A DNA stretch of 64,000 bases from Aplysia californica (Eukaryota), in the NCBI RefSeq assembly GCF_000002075.1, contig NW_004797382.1, forward strand, positions 94,072 through 158,071, given 5' to 3'. The notes below the pieces were generated by a model. It was not told where the DNA came from. It saw only the letters and a program-made list of their open reading frames with translations, and did no database searches. Position 1 is the first letter of the stretch, and every line of letters begins with the position of its first letter. Both the position numbers and the translations under genes were made by a program. Below are positions 24,501 to 38,700 of this stretch, one piece after another.

Positions 24501-27500
24501 AGGAGCCCAGAAGTTGGGGCAAAAGAGGTGAGGGGGTGGGGGCAGAAAGTGGAGATGAAAGCAAACGACAGAACATTGCCAGAGAGCAGGAAGGGATGTG
24601 AAAGGAGACAATTTTAGAGAAGAAAATGTTCCTGTCGCTACCCGGATTCGAACACGTTAAGCTCTAGGCCACGAGAGCCCCCACAAATCATTCCCCAGAA
24701 ATGTAACCATAGATATGCATCTCATAAGCATATAAAACTTGCACAGCGTGCAAGATGAAGCGAGTAAAAATCTCTGATTGATGAAGTCTTGCTTTTTGTA
24801 AGAGATGGATTTGTTAAACTATCTCAATGGAAAGAGAATATGCTGACATGACAGACTTTTTTTTAAAGTAAAAGTTATAATAGAATATATTTTTATCCTT
24901 GTCATCTTCATGATAGTATTGTTAGTCAGGATCTCTGTTTTAATCAGTCTTCTGGAATTTGTTCTAGAAAACAATGAGTTGCCAATCACATACACAGATC
25001 CATGTCAAAATCTCAGTGATGGCTTCAAAGAGTCATAAGAACAGAGAAACGTAAGCTAAACGTTAAGGAAAACTCAACAAGTGATACCATTCACCCTACA
25101 AGCTCTAAGGCAAACTTTGCTTTTTCTTTGACACAAAACCTGCATTTCCCATCCACCGGTCTTATATTTCAAATACGATCTCATCACAACTAAAACTGTT
25201 AAGTTTTCAGGTGATGTCCCTTTAAAAGTTAGTAGTTCCTGGGACAACAACGAAACAAAGTATTCCTTGTCAACAACAAAGGAGCTATGTCCACAGCGCT
25301 CTGTGCAGTCTACTATAAGGATGTGGGAGACACATCAATAGTGCAGGCAACATATTAAACAAATTTCAGTAAAGGCACCCCCTCCCCNNNNNNNNNNNNN
25401 NNNNNNNNNNNNNNNNNNNNNNNNNNNNNNNNNNNNNNNNNNNNNNNNNNNNNNNNNNNNNNNNNNNNNNNNNNNNNNNNNNNNNNNTTTAGTACATGTG
25501 ACCTGTGCGAGTTCTCTGTTCCTACCACTTACAACTCACAGAGACACAACACACTCAGGTCTGCAAGCTGTCATGGGTAGGACACTTATTTCTACACGCA
25601 CGAAAAGATAACCGTTATAAACCATAAAAATATTTCAGCTGTAAACCCCTCTCGGCATCATTTCAGAGCAGGCACCCCAAAACATTCATTTCGCTGAACT
25701 GTGAAAAGACTAAATGAACAAAGCAGGAAAAGGAAAACAGACAACAGAAATTGCTATCATTATTGATCGCGTTTACGCTTTTATTTTTTAAAAATTGGAT
25801 CATTGAGGAAGCCAGTCGTTTCGAACCCGGCTGTTCGAGCCAGCCTGTGCTAAAGGGGGAGCAATTTTCAAACAGGAACTACAAAAACAACAGACATTTG
25901 AAAATATCTCTGGAAACAATTTATCTTTTGCATGAAAATTGAAGAGCGCTCCTTAAATCACAGACATCTGTATTTTGGTGACAATAGAAAACATCCTTGA
26001 ATTCCTAAATAGAAGACTTCTGAGACAGCATCAGAATATATCAATTACTATTCAGAAAATTCACTGCCTCAAACAAGCAACTATGTAAGACTGGAAAATG
26101 AAAACACAGCATCCCTGTTGCTAGAATAATAAGTTACTACTTTTTTTACATGATGAGTAAAAATTGTTCGAGCTACTCATACTTCTTGCGACAGTAATGC
26201 ATGAGCTTTTGTAAAACACACAAAAAAAAAAAAGAAGAATGCTGTAAATGAAGTAGTATAGTGTACTTTTTAAACAAGACATCTCTTCACACTAAAGAAA
26301 ATAGGATTCAGCATTCGCATGTAGTCACACTGATTAAGCTGCCCAGCACAGAGGAAACCGGGAGCTTTAGTACATGTGACTTGTGCGAGTTCTCTGTTCC
26401 TACCACTTACAACTCACAGAGACACAACACACTCAGGTCTGCAAGCTGTCATGGGTAGGAATATCAATCCTACAAACAAAAAGCCCATTAAAATATTTGT
26501 ACCAATCTCCATTCATTAGAGCAATTTAAAACCAGCGACCAACTCGGAAATTGATTTCCCACTGCTATACGAAGAAAAAAAACCTGGACACAGAGTAAAC
26601 AAAATTCAGGGCAGAAATCAAACTTGTAGAAAAGTACGAGTGGCACTGCATTGATAAATAACTAGAAACACAAGAGAGACGCACACAAAAATTGTACCTC
26701 TACACTTATCATTTCAGACCAGACAGAGGAGACATGTACAATATTTTGCCTTCTCTAATACTAGAACAGCCTAACTAAATAAAACATAAAGGCATAGTAA
26801 AGTCTTAAATCAAGGCGTACCTTTTCGAAGACCACTCTGTTAAGATACATGTATTCTCATTCTCAGGCAGTTTTCTCCCACAGAAATTTTGAACAGAATC
26901 CTTCTGCCCAGAGTCTTCTACACTACTCAGTAGCCACAACAGAAACAACACTCCAGCAATATCGCGAGCCACAACACTCAGACCACAGAGGTAAGAGGGA
27001 CAAACTTACCCAACGTCATCCTTGCCTTTGAGTTTTTCCTCAATCTGTTTCTCCCGAGCATACGTATCAACGGGTTTGGCCGCGCCAAAAATGGACGAGC
27101 GAGTGCTCGGCTGGTTCTCTTTCTCCACAGGTTTGGAGCGAGGCTGAAGCTTTAGCCGTGGCCGCTCTGTCGGTGCATCCCTGCGCTCTGCACCAGGAAG
27201 GACAAGTAATGTTAAGATTTTTTTCTTTTCAGTTCAACAAGAACAACACAATCATGACGTGTTTTTAGCTGAGAATTAGAGAATTGTTGATAGGAAAATG
27301 ACAATCATTGGCTGTCATTCAGGGTTATAACGAATAAAAATGAAAGACAAATCATTCACGAAGAAAAAAGTAGTTGTTATATATCTGTATCAGTGAGGCT
27401 TTATTTCTTAGCAAAAACAAAAGAAATCAAACATTTCCACTCATGTACATACACCATCATACTCAATTTAATAAAAGCTCATATCAAACAAGCAAATGTA

Positions 27501-29740
27501 AGGAAAATGAACGAACCTTGGCTGCCATCCCGGCTTGCAGGTCTGTTGAAAATGAAAAAATGTAAAAACTTACATCAATATACATTAAAATGTGCTGACC
27601 AAAATTTATTGTCCCAACAAAAAGAAAAGAACTTGCAGACATCTTAAACGTTTTTTTTAAAAAAAGAAAGAAAATACGCATCTGCTTGAGGGGAAAATAG
27701 CAAGTGAAACAGTAAACCAAGATTTCTTAGTGCCAAGAAAGAGAGGTAAAAAAAATATTTGAGGGACACATTGTCTGGAGATCTGAGGACTATAATAACA
27801 TCCCTGGTAGGGCTTGGGGGGGCCTGAGAAACATGCACCTATTATTGTTACTTTACTGTTGCCTTTTTATTTCATAAACTGTGTGCTTCTAACGGCTTCG
27901 TTGACTCAATCAATCTTTCTTTTTCATGGTCTTCCCTCTGCCATAAAACCATAAAATTCCACATTGTAAGTAGGCCTTCGATGCTGGCTGTTGTGGCCCC
28001 ATTCTCAATAATAGAACTAAAAGAGGATTAAAACTGCCTTAGATAACCCAGTGTCCTTATCTAAATGCACCAATATTATTCAGAAGAAACCACAAATCCA
28101 TAGTTATTACAAGTGTGCCACAGATTTTTATAAAAGTAAGTAACATAGAGAAGATAAAATGCAGAGTAACAGCAAAGTTTGGCCATGGTCAAACTAACTC
28201 AAGTACTGAAAGAGCGATGCCTTAAAGTGGGGTGAACATTTCGAACATGTTTTCCTAAGACATGAAAAAGAAGCGTAGTATCGAGAAAAACTAAGATATA
28301 TCAAACTTGGACAAACCTGCGATCAAATCCATCATCCCGACGTCCTCTGTTGTAATCGTCGCGTCTTCCACCTCCGTATCTGTCATCAGAACCTCGACCA
28401 GAACCACCAAATCGGCCTAGCAAACACAGACAATACAAAGCAATCAATATTTTGTTTCAGTAAGCATAACTGTACTTGCAACCACAAACAGGTCATTAAA
28501 GTGCCAAATTTTCAATGTTACAAGAGAGTAACAAATACAAACAAGAAGAAGAAGAAAAATGCCTCCCTAGTTCAAGATCCAAAAATGTGTAAAAGAAAAG
28601 ATGATTTTGAGTAATTTGAGACAAAAAAGTGTAATCACACACGCAGTTAGATTTCTGGATGCTCTGACTTGGACAAATTTCGCGCACTCAAGCAAATCGC
28701 ACCACAGCACCCTCCAACCACCCACAAAGACTGCTCATTTGAATAATGAGAAGTACACTCACATGAAACAGCAGTACAAAACAAAACAGGAAAAAGAAAA
28801 CAGTGACTACTTGTTATACCCTCCAGCCCTCCTTATACAAAATATGGAAATACTACCAATTTTCAGTTATAATGCCTGAAAAATAAAACTAAATTAGTGA
28901 AATCCTCAACAAAAAGGCTTTGTGCCACCTGCCAAAACAGCATATACAGTAATTCGCTAAGCGAAAAGTTGTTTCTACACAAACAAAATTTTGTTGAGTC
29001 AAACAATATCAAAGACTGGAAATTATTGCTCAACTCACTGACTCAAGGTTATCTCACTTACTTTCAATCATATACAAAGAATTATTCATTTACTTAGTCC
29101 ACAATGACAGCAAAAACTGTAGCCAAACAAACTCCACAAAGCAAGCGAGAGCCCCCCCTTTATGTGTGAGATATTGTTCGCAAACAAGGTTGCAAGTGCA
29201 GCGCAGAAAAAAAACAACCAAATAAACAAATGCTGTTAGTCTCAAACTGAGTAATGTGAACTGAAAACAGAACAACCACACACAGAACGAGACCAACAAA
29301 AAGAACATTTGCACTGGGAGTATTGCTCCATCCAAGTTTCAGGACGCATAGCCCAAAAAACAAAAATCAAGTTACAACAGCAGTAAAAAGCACTAGAAAC
29401 ATCTCTAAAAGACATGCTTTGACCAAGCAATGAATATTTTATTCTATAAAATAGAACGTTTCCTCATAAGTTCCCAAAATGTCCCTGTAGGAAATCCCCA
29501 ATGCTGATAAACATTCCACATTTCACTTCAGCCCCACATCCCCAACACCCCTGTCACTGCTTGGTCCTGGCCACAATCTATGATTCTATCACTTACACTG
29601 AGCGTCTCGGCCTCCATTAGCTCTGTCACTAGAACCTCGACGGTCACCATCCGAGCGGGCAGGAGGGCCGCGGCCCCAAGCATTTGACTGGTGATCATAA
29701 AGAAATAAAACTTAGAGAGGGAGAGGGAGAGGGAGAGAAG

Positions 29741-29772
<32 letters not shown>

Positions 29773-32700
29773 GAGAGACAGAGAGATTGTTTTAGTAAGA
29801 GTTTCACAGCATTTGTAACACAATAAGGTCATATAAGTGCCAAAGATTAGAGTTTAGTTTACTTTAGAGGTGTTTTACGGTGTTGCATAAGGTCATATGA
29901 GCGCCAAGGGGTGGATATCAACAGAGAAATCCATACAGGGAATCAGGCTTACTCTGATCACCTCTCTAGCTTCAACAGCACAAAGTCTGCTTCGACTATC
30001 AAGGCACCCCGGAAATAGAGGGTCACAAGAGTGTGACAAACATACAAAAGAAGAAGAAGAAAAATGACAATAGTAAGGACTAGGAAAGAAAACACAGCAG
30101 TTCCCTGTTGCAGTTCAGGCAGTTATGAGCATAACATTGATGAACCAGCCCATTTACAATCCTACTGTGCATAAAAACATTTAATGTCCCCCCCTTTGGG
30201 AAGGACCTAAAGACACTACAGTCAGTAGCATCGCCCAAGAGGGTACGAAGATTAGAGGTGTTACAAGAGAGTAAGAAACACACAAAAAGATGGGGGGGAG
30301 ATAAATACGATAGATGTTCGACAAGAACAACAGACATTTGAAGAAAGGGAACGGAGGGAAAAGGACAAAAGCAAGGCCTACAAGAGGCACCCTCCCATCA
30401 CCTGATGTACAAATGTTTTTTTAAAAACCACAATGCCGGCAAATGAGTGATGACACACCTTAGGGGGCGGAGCATCTCTGCGGTCAGGGGGCGGGGCCCT
30501 GTCAGCTGATTGTGACGTCGGCGAGACTGGAGCGGCGTTATTCGAAGCGTCGGACGGCCCCTCGCGCTTCCTCCCCCATGGGTTATCCTTCGGCGGTGGG
30601 GCAGGCACCATCTTTTGGGCAGGATCAGCTGACTTGCCGCTGGTCGGGGACCGGGCTCCCTCCTCCCCCTGGTCATCTGAGGTGCGAGAATGCTCGCTGT
30701 CTCTGCGAGACACTGGGGCTGTGAGGAAAAATCGTGGAATGACAAATGATTAAGGGAAGTCAAGATTCCTAACAGATGCTCCAGCACCCATACACCATTT
30801 AAGAATTGTACAGCATTTTAAAAGATTTATAGACACATTAACGCGAAAGCAAAGGTTGACAATAGGACAAAACCAAAAATAAACCAAACTTATAAAAACA
30901 AAAACATTTAGAAGCTACATTCTAAAACAGAAGAATTTATAATAGTACTGTGAAATAGCAGAGCAGAACAATATTGAAACTAAGCTATACAAATAGATGG
31001 TGTACAAGTAAGAGAAGGGGAACTGAAACCGCAATACAAACGTTTCCAGCTCTGCAACACGAAATCATATTCCCTGTGTGAGCTTCTTCGAGATAAAAAT
31101 ACAATCAACCCCTTTCTTGTCTACAACGATGTAGTCTATGCCAGTTGGAATTTGAATTCCATAAGAATAGAGAAAAATTAAGTAGCCCCCTGAAAACACT
31201 GAGAGGCACACTGTTCAAAATTCATTCACACAACGTATCTGAACTAAAACACTAATGAAGCAATGGTCATATCAAACAAGCAAATGTAAGACTTCAAAAC
31301 AGAAAAGAAAGACATTCCAGAACATTCAGTGGGACAAACTATCAACTTCCCCATAAAGAAACAGCAGTACAAAACAAATCTAAGCAAATATGGTTAAAAT
31401 CATAAAAAGAAAAAGGCTTCTTTATTCTACTGACAGGAACAAATAGAATTATGGCAGAGGCAAAAAAAAAGGACAAATAACGAACAGACAAGCAACTGAA
31501 CTACATGAGGCATACTGCCTCCAAAATGACCTGTCTGTATTTATGGTAGGATGTATAATTTTGTTTTCCTAATAAGCCAAACAGAACAAAATAAAAACAC
31601 AATCAAGCCACCCTTTCTTCAACACTAGAAAAAGGAAAAAGAAAAGCAGGTGGGGAAAAAAAACAACAAAACAAAACAAAAAACACCCTCTCAAACAAGA
31701 AATAAAGATCTCTAACAAGCACTAGACCTGCATGTGAGCCTCAACCAGATTGTCTGAAAATTTTCCGCACACAACACTACCCCCCATCCGTTCCCCCCAT
31801 TTATAAGTGCTTTTGTTGTTTTGTTTTGGTAAGTGTTTTTAAGGCGCTCGCAACCGCATAAGGTCATATGAGAGCGCGGGACACACCTACATTTTCAGTT
31901 GGTAGGAAATTTTTAATTTTGCCCAGGCGGCTGCCGAAGCCTACACTTATCGATTTCAGACCACCAAGGGATCTTTAACGTGCGCAACTTGCACACGAGC
32001 CCTCCGAGATTTTTCGCCCGTGTCCGAGAAGGCTATGTGTAGATCTTTCCTACTAGAAGATCAGGGGTGTGGCAGAAAGACAGCAGTTAGGAGGAGCCAC
32101 GGAGTAGCAGTAGAAAGGCTGCAGAAAGGGTCAGGAGCCCAGAGGAGGGGGCAAAAGAGGTGAGGGGGTGGGGGCAGAAAGTGGAAACGAAAGCAGACAA
32201 CAGAACATTGCTAGAGAGCAGGAAAGGAGGTGAAAGGAGACAATTTTAGAGAAGAAAATTTTCCGGTCGCTACCCGGGACCTTTGAAGGAGAGGCCAACA
32301 CCTTAACCTCTAGGCCACGAGAGCCCCCCATCATAAAACCGCAGCACTTGTAGAGGTACATGCCGGGGGCATCAGCCTCCAAAAAAGAACCTGCGATGGC
32401 TCTTCAGAAATGTAAAAAAAGTCCATGAAAGTGCAGACAAAGCCGACTGCAGAAAAAGGGGGTGCTGGCGATTGGCCAGGCCTCGCATTTCGCAACATTG
32501 ACTAATACAGGTGGGCCTAGCGATAGCATCGGCCGGGTCGTGGGTCTGGTCGCGATTGTTGGATTTCAGACAATTGTCGGCAAACATGCAGGTCTAAACA
32601 CATGTAGAGACACAGGGACATTTTTCAAAGAACATCAATGACTCTAACAATTGTCATTAAGCTGAAATAAACAAGAAGTTGACAATTCAAAAGACAGACA

Positions 32701-35700
32701 CTGAACACAAACCACTAGTATGGGATGGGGAGGACGACTACTACAGGATTATGTTGGTTGAGTTTCAATATTTCCCCTTTTTTTCGGGGGAGGGGGGTGT
32801 CAAAGCTGCCATCACCAGCACACAAGAGATCCCACTGCGACTCTACCTACCAGGTCTAATCACCGAAGCACAGACGCTGGTGAGGCTGCTCTTGCGCCGC
32901 CCACTTTCTGCACCCATCCGACACAGGAAGTGTTTCAGAGAGCAACGGTTGGCAATAGTAGCAAAATATGAACAACGGAGAAGAAGAAAAAGTCCACTTC
33001 ACTTGTCCAACACAAGGAAGACATTTGTTTGATACCCTTCAACAAGTATCTATACAGTGCCAGAAAATTTTCCCTTGAAAATTGTTTGGGTTTTTCAGTT
33101 GTGTAATTGCACAAAAAGAGAAGCAAAAAGGTGCTACAAGCTGAGAGTGACGTACTTCTCAGGTTCAAAATATGTTGAAAAGACACTTCACAACCTTAAC
33201 ATTATTATCAGCGAGCATCTTTTCGACCGCTTAAAATGTCCACGAAAAAGCACATATCTACAGGCTAATAATACAGTTGCTTTTCAAAGAGAGCGCCTCC
33301 TAAAAGCCATTCAAAATGAATGAACCATAGTAATAACAAAGTTCTGAGACCTATCGTTATCACCCTCTGCGTGGAAAAAGACCCCCAAAAAAGCAGACAG
33401 TTATCACCCTCTGCGTGGAAAAAGACCCCCAAAAAAGCAGACAGAAATAGAACTAGCAGTTGAGAAATAAAGTAGAAATTCTAACAAGCACCAGTATGAC
33501 TTTAACAAGTCAAAAAGAATGATTAATCACATAAATACACTGAAAATTTAATGCACAAAAGGATGAAACATTAATTGACTAAAAAACCCACAACACAAAA
33601 ATTTGTACACAGCACACTATTTTCTTCTCAGTCACAGTACACTATTATTGAAGACAATCATCTTTTTGCCAACAATTTACAACGGTGGCCTTATTTTCAG
33701 GTCAATAAATGGAGGAATCTTTTAATCCTCTCCTACACACATAAAACTTTCCGTTTCCCTTTGAGCAAGTGAGAAGACTCTGGATAGAGCCACAATCATG
33801 CACAGCTGAGAAAAAAAAGCCAAAGACTGAAAAAGAAATGACCAAAAAACAGCATATTAACCAACAACAGCCACCCATTTCTCTTTTCAAAGCATTCCGT
33901 TGCACGTTGGGCACAACTGATCAAACACACCTGAGCGGTCTCCACTGCTGCGCCTGTCTCCACCAGAGCTTTCGTTATCTGCACGTCTGGATCGGGGTCT
34001 GAAATCAAACAAGTAACGCTGCCTGAACACAAAGAAAGAATCTAGGGACATTTCTTATTCAATACAAATAATTTAAATATTGGGTCTCAATTCTATGATG
34101 CACATTCCTGCTCTATCATAGCTTCATACACTTAACATTACAGGAACATATACAATTATCCATCAGCATATATATAGGATAGGACGCTCATCAATTTTAG
34201 GGCATGGAGTTATTGGTTTAATCTTAAAGCTTATTATTTGTCTTTCTTTTGGTGAAAATAATACCCATCTGTCTTGAATAGAAGTCCAGATATTTGCGAT
34301 TGAAGGTGGGGGTAACCTGTTTTCTGCAGTAATTTTAGCAAGAAAATGGCCGCCAAAATTTGGTAACTTCTATAGCTTGAGAGTCCTTGGAAACTGAAAA
34401 TGTACATATTTTGTGCCATAAATCAACATTTTATTTTTATATGGTCCTTAGCTGCCCCCCCCCCCCCAAATGCGACAAAAATTGCCTCACTGAAGGGAAA
34501 ATGCTTGTTGCTTCGATTTCATTATTTTGAAGAGCATTTGATTTCACCATGATGCCTCACATATATATGCTCAAGTGAATCTACATCAATGACAAATATC
34601 AAAAGTTCCGGCAGTAAAACAGATGTGTTGTTTTAGAGGCAGGTTTGATCTCATGACCTACAATTTTTCAATCACTCTCAGAAACAGAAGCAGTGGCATC
34701 TGTTGTCTAGTGGTAAGGCAGCTGAACCCCAACCATGAGCTTGCCATTTCAAAGGTTCGAGGCTCAGCTCAGTCGAATACTGTGTCCATGGGAAAGGCCA
34801 TTAACAACAATTTTCCCATTTGGCCCAGTCCTATCAAAGATGGACACTAAATTTGAAGCACCTGCCTCTTTAATCTCTTTAAAGCTTTAATGTTGAAAGA
34901 GGTGTTAAATCTACACAATTTCGCACATTTCTGTTCTTGGGAATAGAAAAAAACAGTCAACCCCAATATTTGCAAGATTGGACATGCATCTTACTTAAGT
35001 ACAGAAAAAATTAGCTTTAAAAGTTGACTTTGAACGTTATATATTTCCAGCCTTGCTTTCCACCTTTTGAGTAAGCGAACACATAACACATAACATATCT
35101 GTGTGGTCTAGAAACTGGATGTAGTCACACTGATTAAGCTGCCCAGCACAGAGGAAACCGGGAGCTTTAGTACATGTGACCTGTGCGAGTTCTCTGTTCC
35201 TACCACTTACAACTCACAGAGACACAACACACTCAGGTCTGCAAGCTGTCATGGGTAGGATACTTACTTCTACACACACAAAAAGATATTCGTTATAAAC
35301 CGTAAAAATATTTCAGCAGTAAATCCCCCTCAATTCAGAGCAGGCACCAAAAAACATTTATTTCGCTGAACTGAGCCAATTCATTTTCTGCATGAAAATT
35401 GAAATTGAAAGGCATAATCCTTAAATCACAATGATATTTTGGTGACAATAGAAAACATCCTTGAATTCCTAAACAGAAGACTTCTGAGACATAGCATCAG
35501 AATATATCAATTACTATTCAGATAAATCAGTGCCTCAAACATGCATCTATGGAATATCTTTTTTAAAAATATAGTAGAGCGTTTTACAGCGATCGCAACT
35601 GCATAAGGTCATATGAGCGCCAAGGGGTGGGTATCAACAGAGAAGTCTTTACAGGGAATCAGACTTACTCTGCTCACCTCTCTAGCTCAAGGTCTGCTTC

Positions 35701-38700
35701 GACTATCAAGGCACACCGGAAATAGCGGGTCACAAGAGAGTGACAAACATACAAAAGAAGTTAGAGGAAAATGACAATAGTAAGGATTAGGAAAGAAAAA
35801 GCAGATGAATCAGACCATTTACAATTCTACTGTGCTTGAACAAGAAATGTCCCCCCTTTGGGAATGGCCTAAAGACACTAGTCAGTGGCACTGCCCCGGG
35901 GGGTCAATTATGGAAGCCTGGAAAATGAAATCACAGCATCCTTGTTGCTGGAATAATTAGTTACTACTTTTCTTTACATGGTGAGTAAAAATTGTTTGAG
36001 CTACTCATACTTCTTGTGACAGTAACGCATGAGCTTTTGTAAAACACACAAGAAGAGAAAAACATACAATGCTGTAAACAAAGTAGTATTCTGTGATTTT
36101 TTTTAATGAGACACCCTCTCTTCACAAAATAATGTGAGCCAGCATTCACATGTAGTCACACTGATTAAGCTGCCCAGCACAGAGGAAACCGGGAGCTTTA
36201 GTACATGTGACCTGTGCGAGTTCTCTGTTCCTACCACTTACAACTCACAGAGACACAACACACTCAGGTCTGCAAGCTGTCATGGGTAGGACACTTATTT
36301 CTACACGCACGAAAAGATAACCGTTATAAACCATAAAAATATTTCAGCTGTAAACCCCTCTCGGCATCATTTCAGAGCAGGCACCCCAAAACATTCATTT
36401 CGCTGAACTGTGAAAAGACTAAATGAACAAAACAGGATAAGGAAAACAAACAAAAGCAATTGCTATCATTATTGATCGCGTTTACGCTTTTATTTTTTAA
36501 AAATTGGATCATTGAGGAAGCCAGTCGTTTCGAACCCGGCTGTTCGAGCCAGCCTGTGCTAAAGGGGGAGCAATTTTCAAACAGGAACTACAAAAACAAT
36601 TGACATTTGAAAATATCTCTGGAAACAATTTATCTTTTGCATGAAAATTGAAGAGCGCTCCTTAAATCACAGACATCTGTATTTTGGTGACAATAGAAAA
36701 CATCCTTGAATTCCTAAATAGAAGACTTCTGAGACAGCATCAGAATATATCAATTACTATTCAGAAAATTCACTGCCTCAAACATGCAACTATGTAAGCC
36801 TGGAAAATGAAATCACAGAATCCTTGTTGCTAGAATAATAAGTTACTACTTTTTTTACATGATGAGTAAAAATTGTTCGAGCTACTCATACTTCTTGCGA
36901 CAGTAATGCATGAGCTTTTGTAAAACACACAAAAAAAAAAAAGAAGAATGCTGTAAATGAAGTAGTATAGTGTACTTTTTAAACAAGACATCTCTTCACA
37001 CTAAAAAAAATAGGATTCAGCATTCACATGTAGTCACACTGATTAAGCTGCCCAGCACAGAGGAAACCGGGAGCTTTAGTACATGTGACTTGTGCGAGTT
37101 CTCTGTTCCTACCACTTACAACTCACAGAGACACAACACACTCAGGTCTGCAAGCTGTCATGGGTAGGAATATCAATCCTACAAACAAAAAGCCCATTAA
37201 AATATTTGTACCAATCTCCATTCATTAGAGCAATTTAAAACCAGCGACCAACTCGGAAATTGATTTCCCACTGCTATACGAAGAAAAAAAACCTGGACAC
37301 AGAGTAAACAAAATTCAGGGCAGAAATCAAACTTGTAGAAAAGTACGAGTGGCACTGCATTGATAAATAACTAGAAACACAAGAGAGACGCACACAAAAA
37401 TTGTACCTCTCCACTTCTCATTTCATACCAGAGAGAGGAGACATGTACAATATTTTGCCTTCTCTAATACTAGAACAGCCTAACTAAATAAAACATAAAG
37501 GCATAGTAAAGTCTTAAATCAAGGCGTACCTTTTCGAAGACCACTCTGTTAAGATACATGTATTCTCATTCTCAGGCAGTTTTCTCCCACAGAAATTTTG
37601 AACAGAATCCTTCTGCCCAGAGTCTTCTACACTACTCAGTAGCCACAACAGAAACAACACTCCAGCAATATCGCGAGCCACAACACTCAGACCACAGAGG
37701 TAAGAGGGACAAACTTACCCAACGTCATCCTTGCCTTTGAGTTTTTCCTCAATCTGTTTCTCCCGAGCATACGTATCAACGGGTTTGGCCGCGCCAAAAA
37801 TGGACGAGCGAGTGCTCGGCTGGTTCTCTTTCTCCACAGGTTTGGAGCGAGGCTGAAGCTTTAGCCGTGGCCGCTCTGTCGGTGCATCCCTGCGCTCTGC
37901 ACCAGGAAGGACAAGTAATGTTAAGATTTTTTTCTTTTCAGTTCAACAAGAACAACACAATCATGACGTGTTTTTAGCTGAGAATTAGAGAATTGTTGAT
38001 AGAAAAATGACAATCATTGGCTGTCATTCAGGGTTATAACGAATAAAAATGAAAGACAAATCATTCACGAAGAAAAAAGTAGTTGTTATATATCTGTATC
38101 AGTGAGGCTTTATTTCTTAGCAAAAACAAAAGAAATCAAACATTTCCACTCATGTACATACACCATCATACTCAATTTAATAAAAGCTCATAAAAGACAA
38201 GAAAATGTTAGGAAAATGAACGAACCTTGGCTGCCATCCCGGCTTGCAGGTCTGTTGAAAATGAAAAAAAGTACAAACTTACATCAATATACATTAAAAT
38301 GTGCTGACCAAAATTTATTGTCCCAACAAAAAGAAAAGAACTTGCAGACATCTTAAACGTTTTTTTTAAACAAACAAACAAAATACGCATCTGCTTGAGG
38401 GGAAAATAGCAAGTGAAACAGTAAACCAAGATTTCTTAGTGCCAAGAAAGAGAGGTAAAAAAAATATTTGAGGGACACATTGTCTGGAGATCTGAGGACT
38501 ATAATAACATCCCTGGTAGGGCTTGGGGGGGCCTGAGAAACATGCACCTTTTATTGTTACTTTACTGTTGCCTTTTTATTTCATAAACTGTGTGCTTCTA
38601 ACGGCTTCGTTGACTCAATCAATCTTTCTTTTTCATGGTCTTCCCTCTGCCATAAAACCATAAAATTCCACATTGTAAGTAGGCCTTCGATGCTGGCTGT

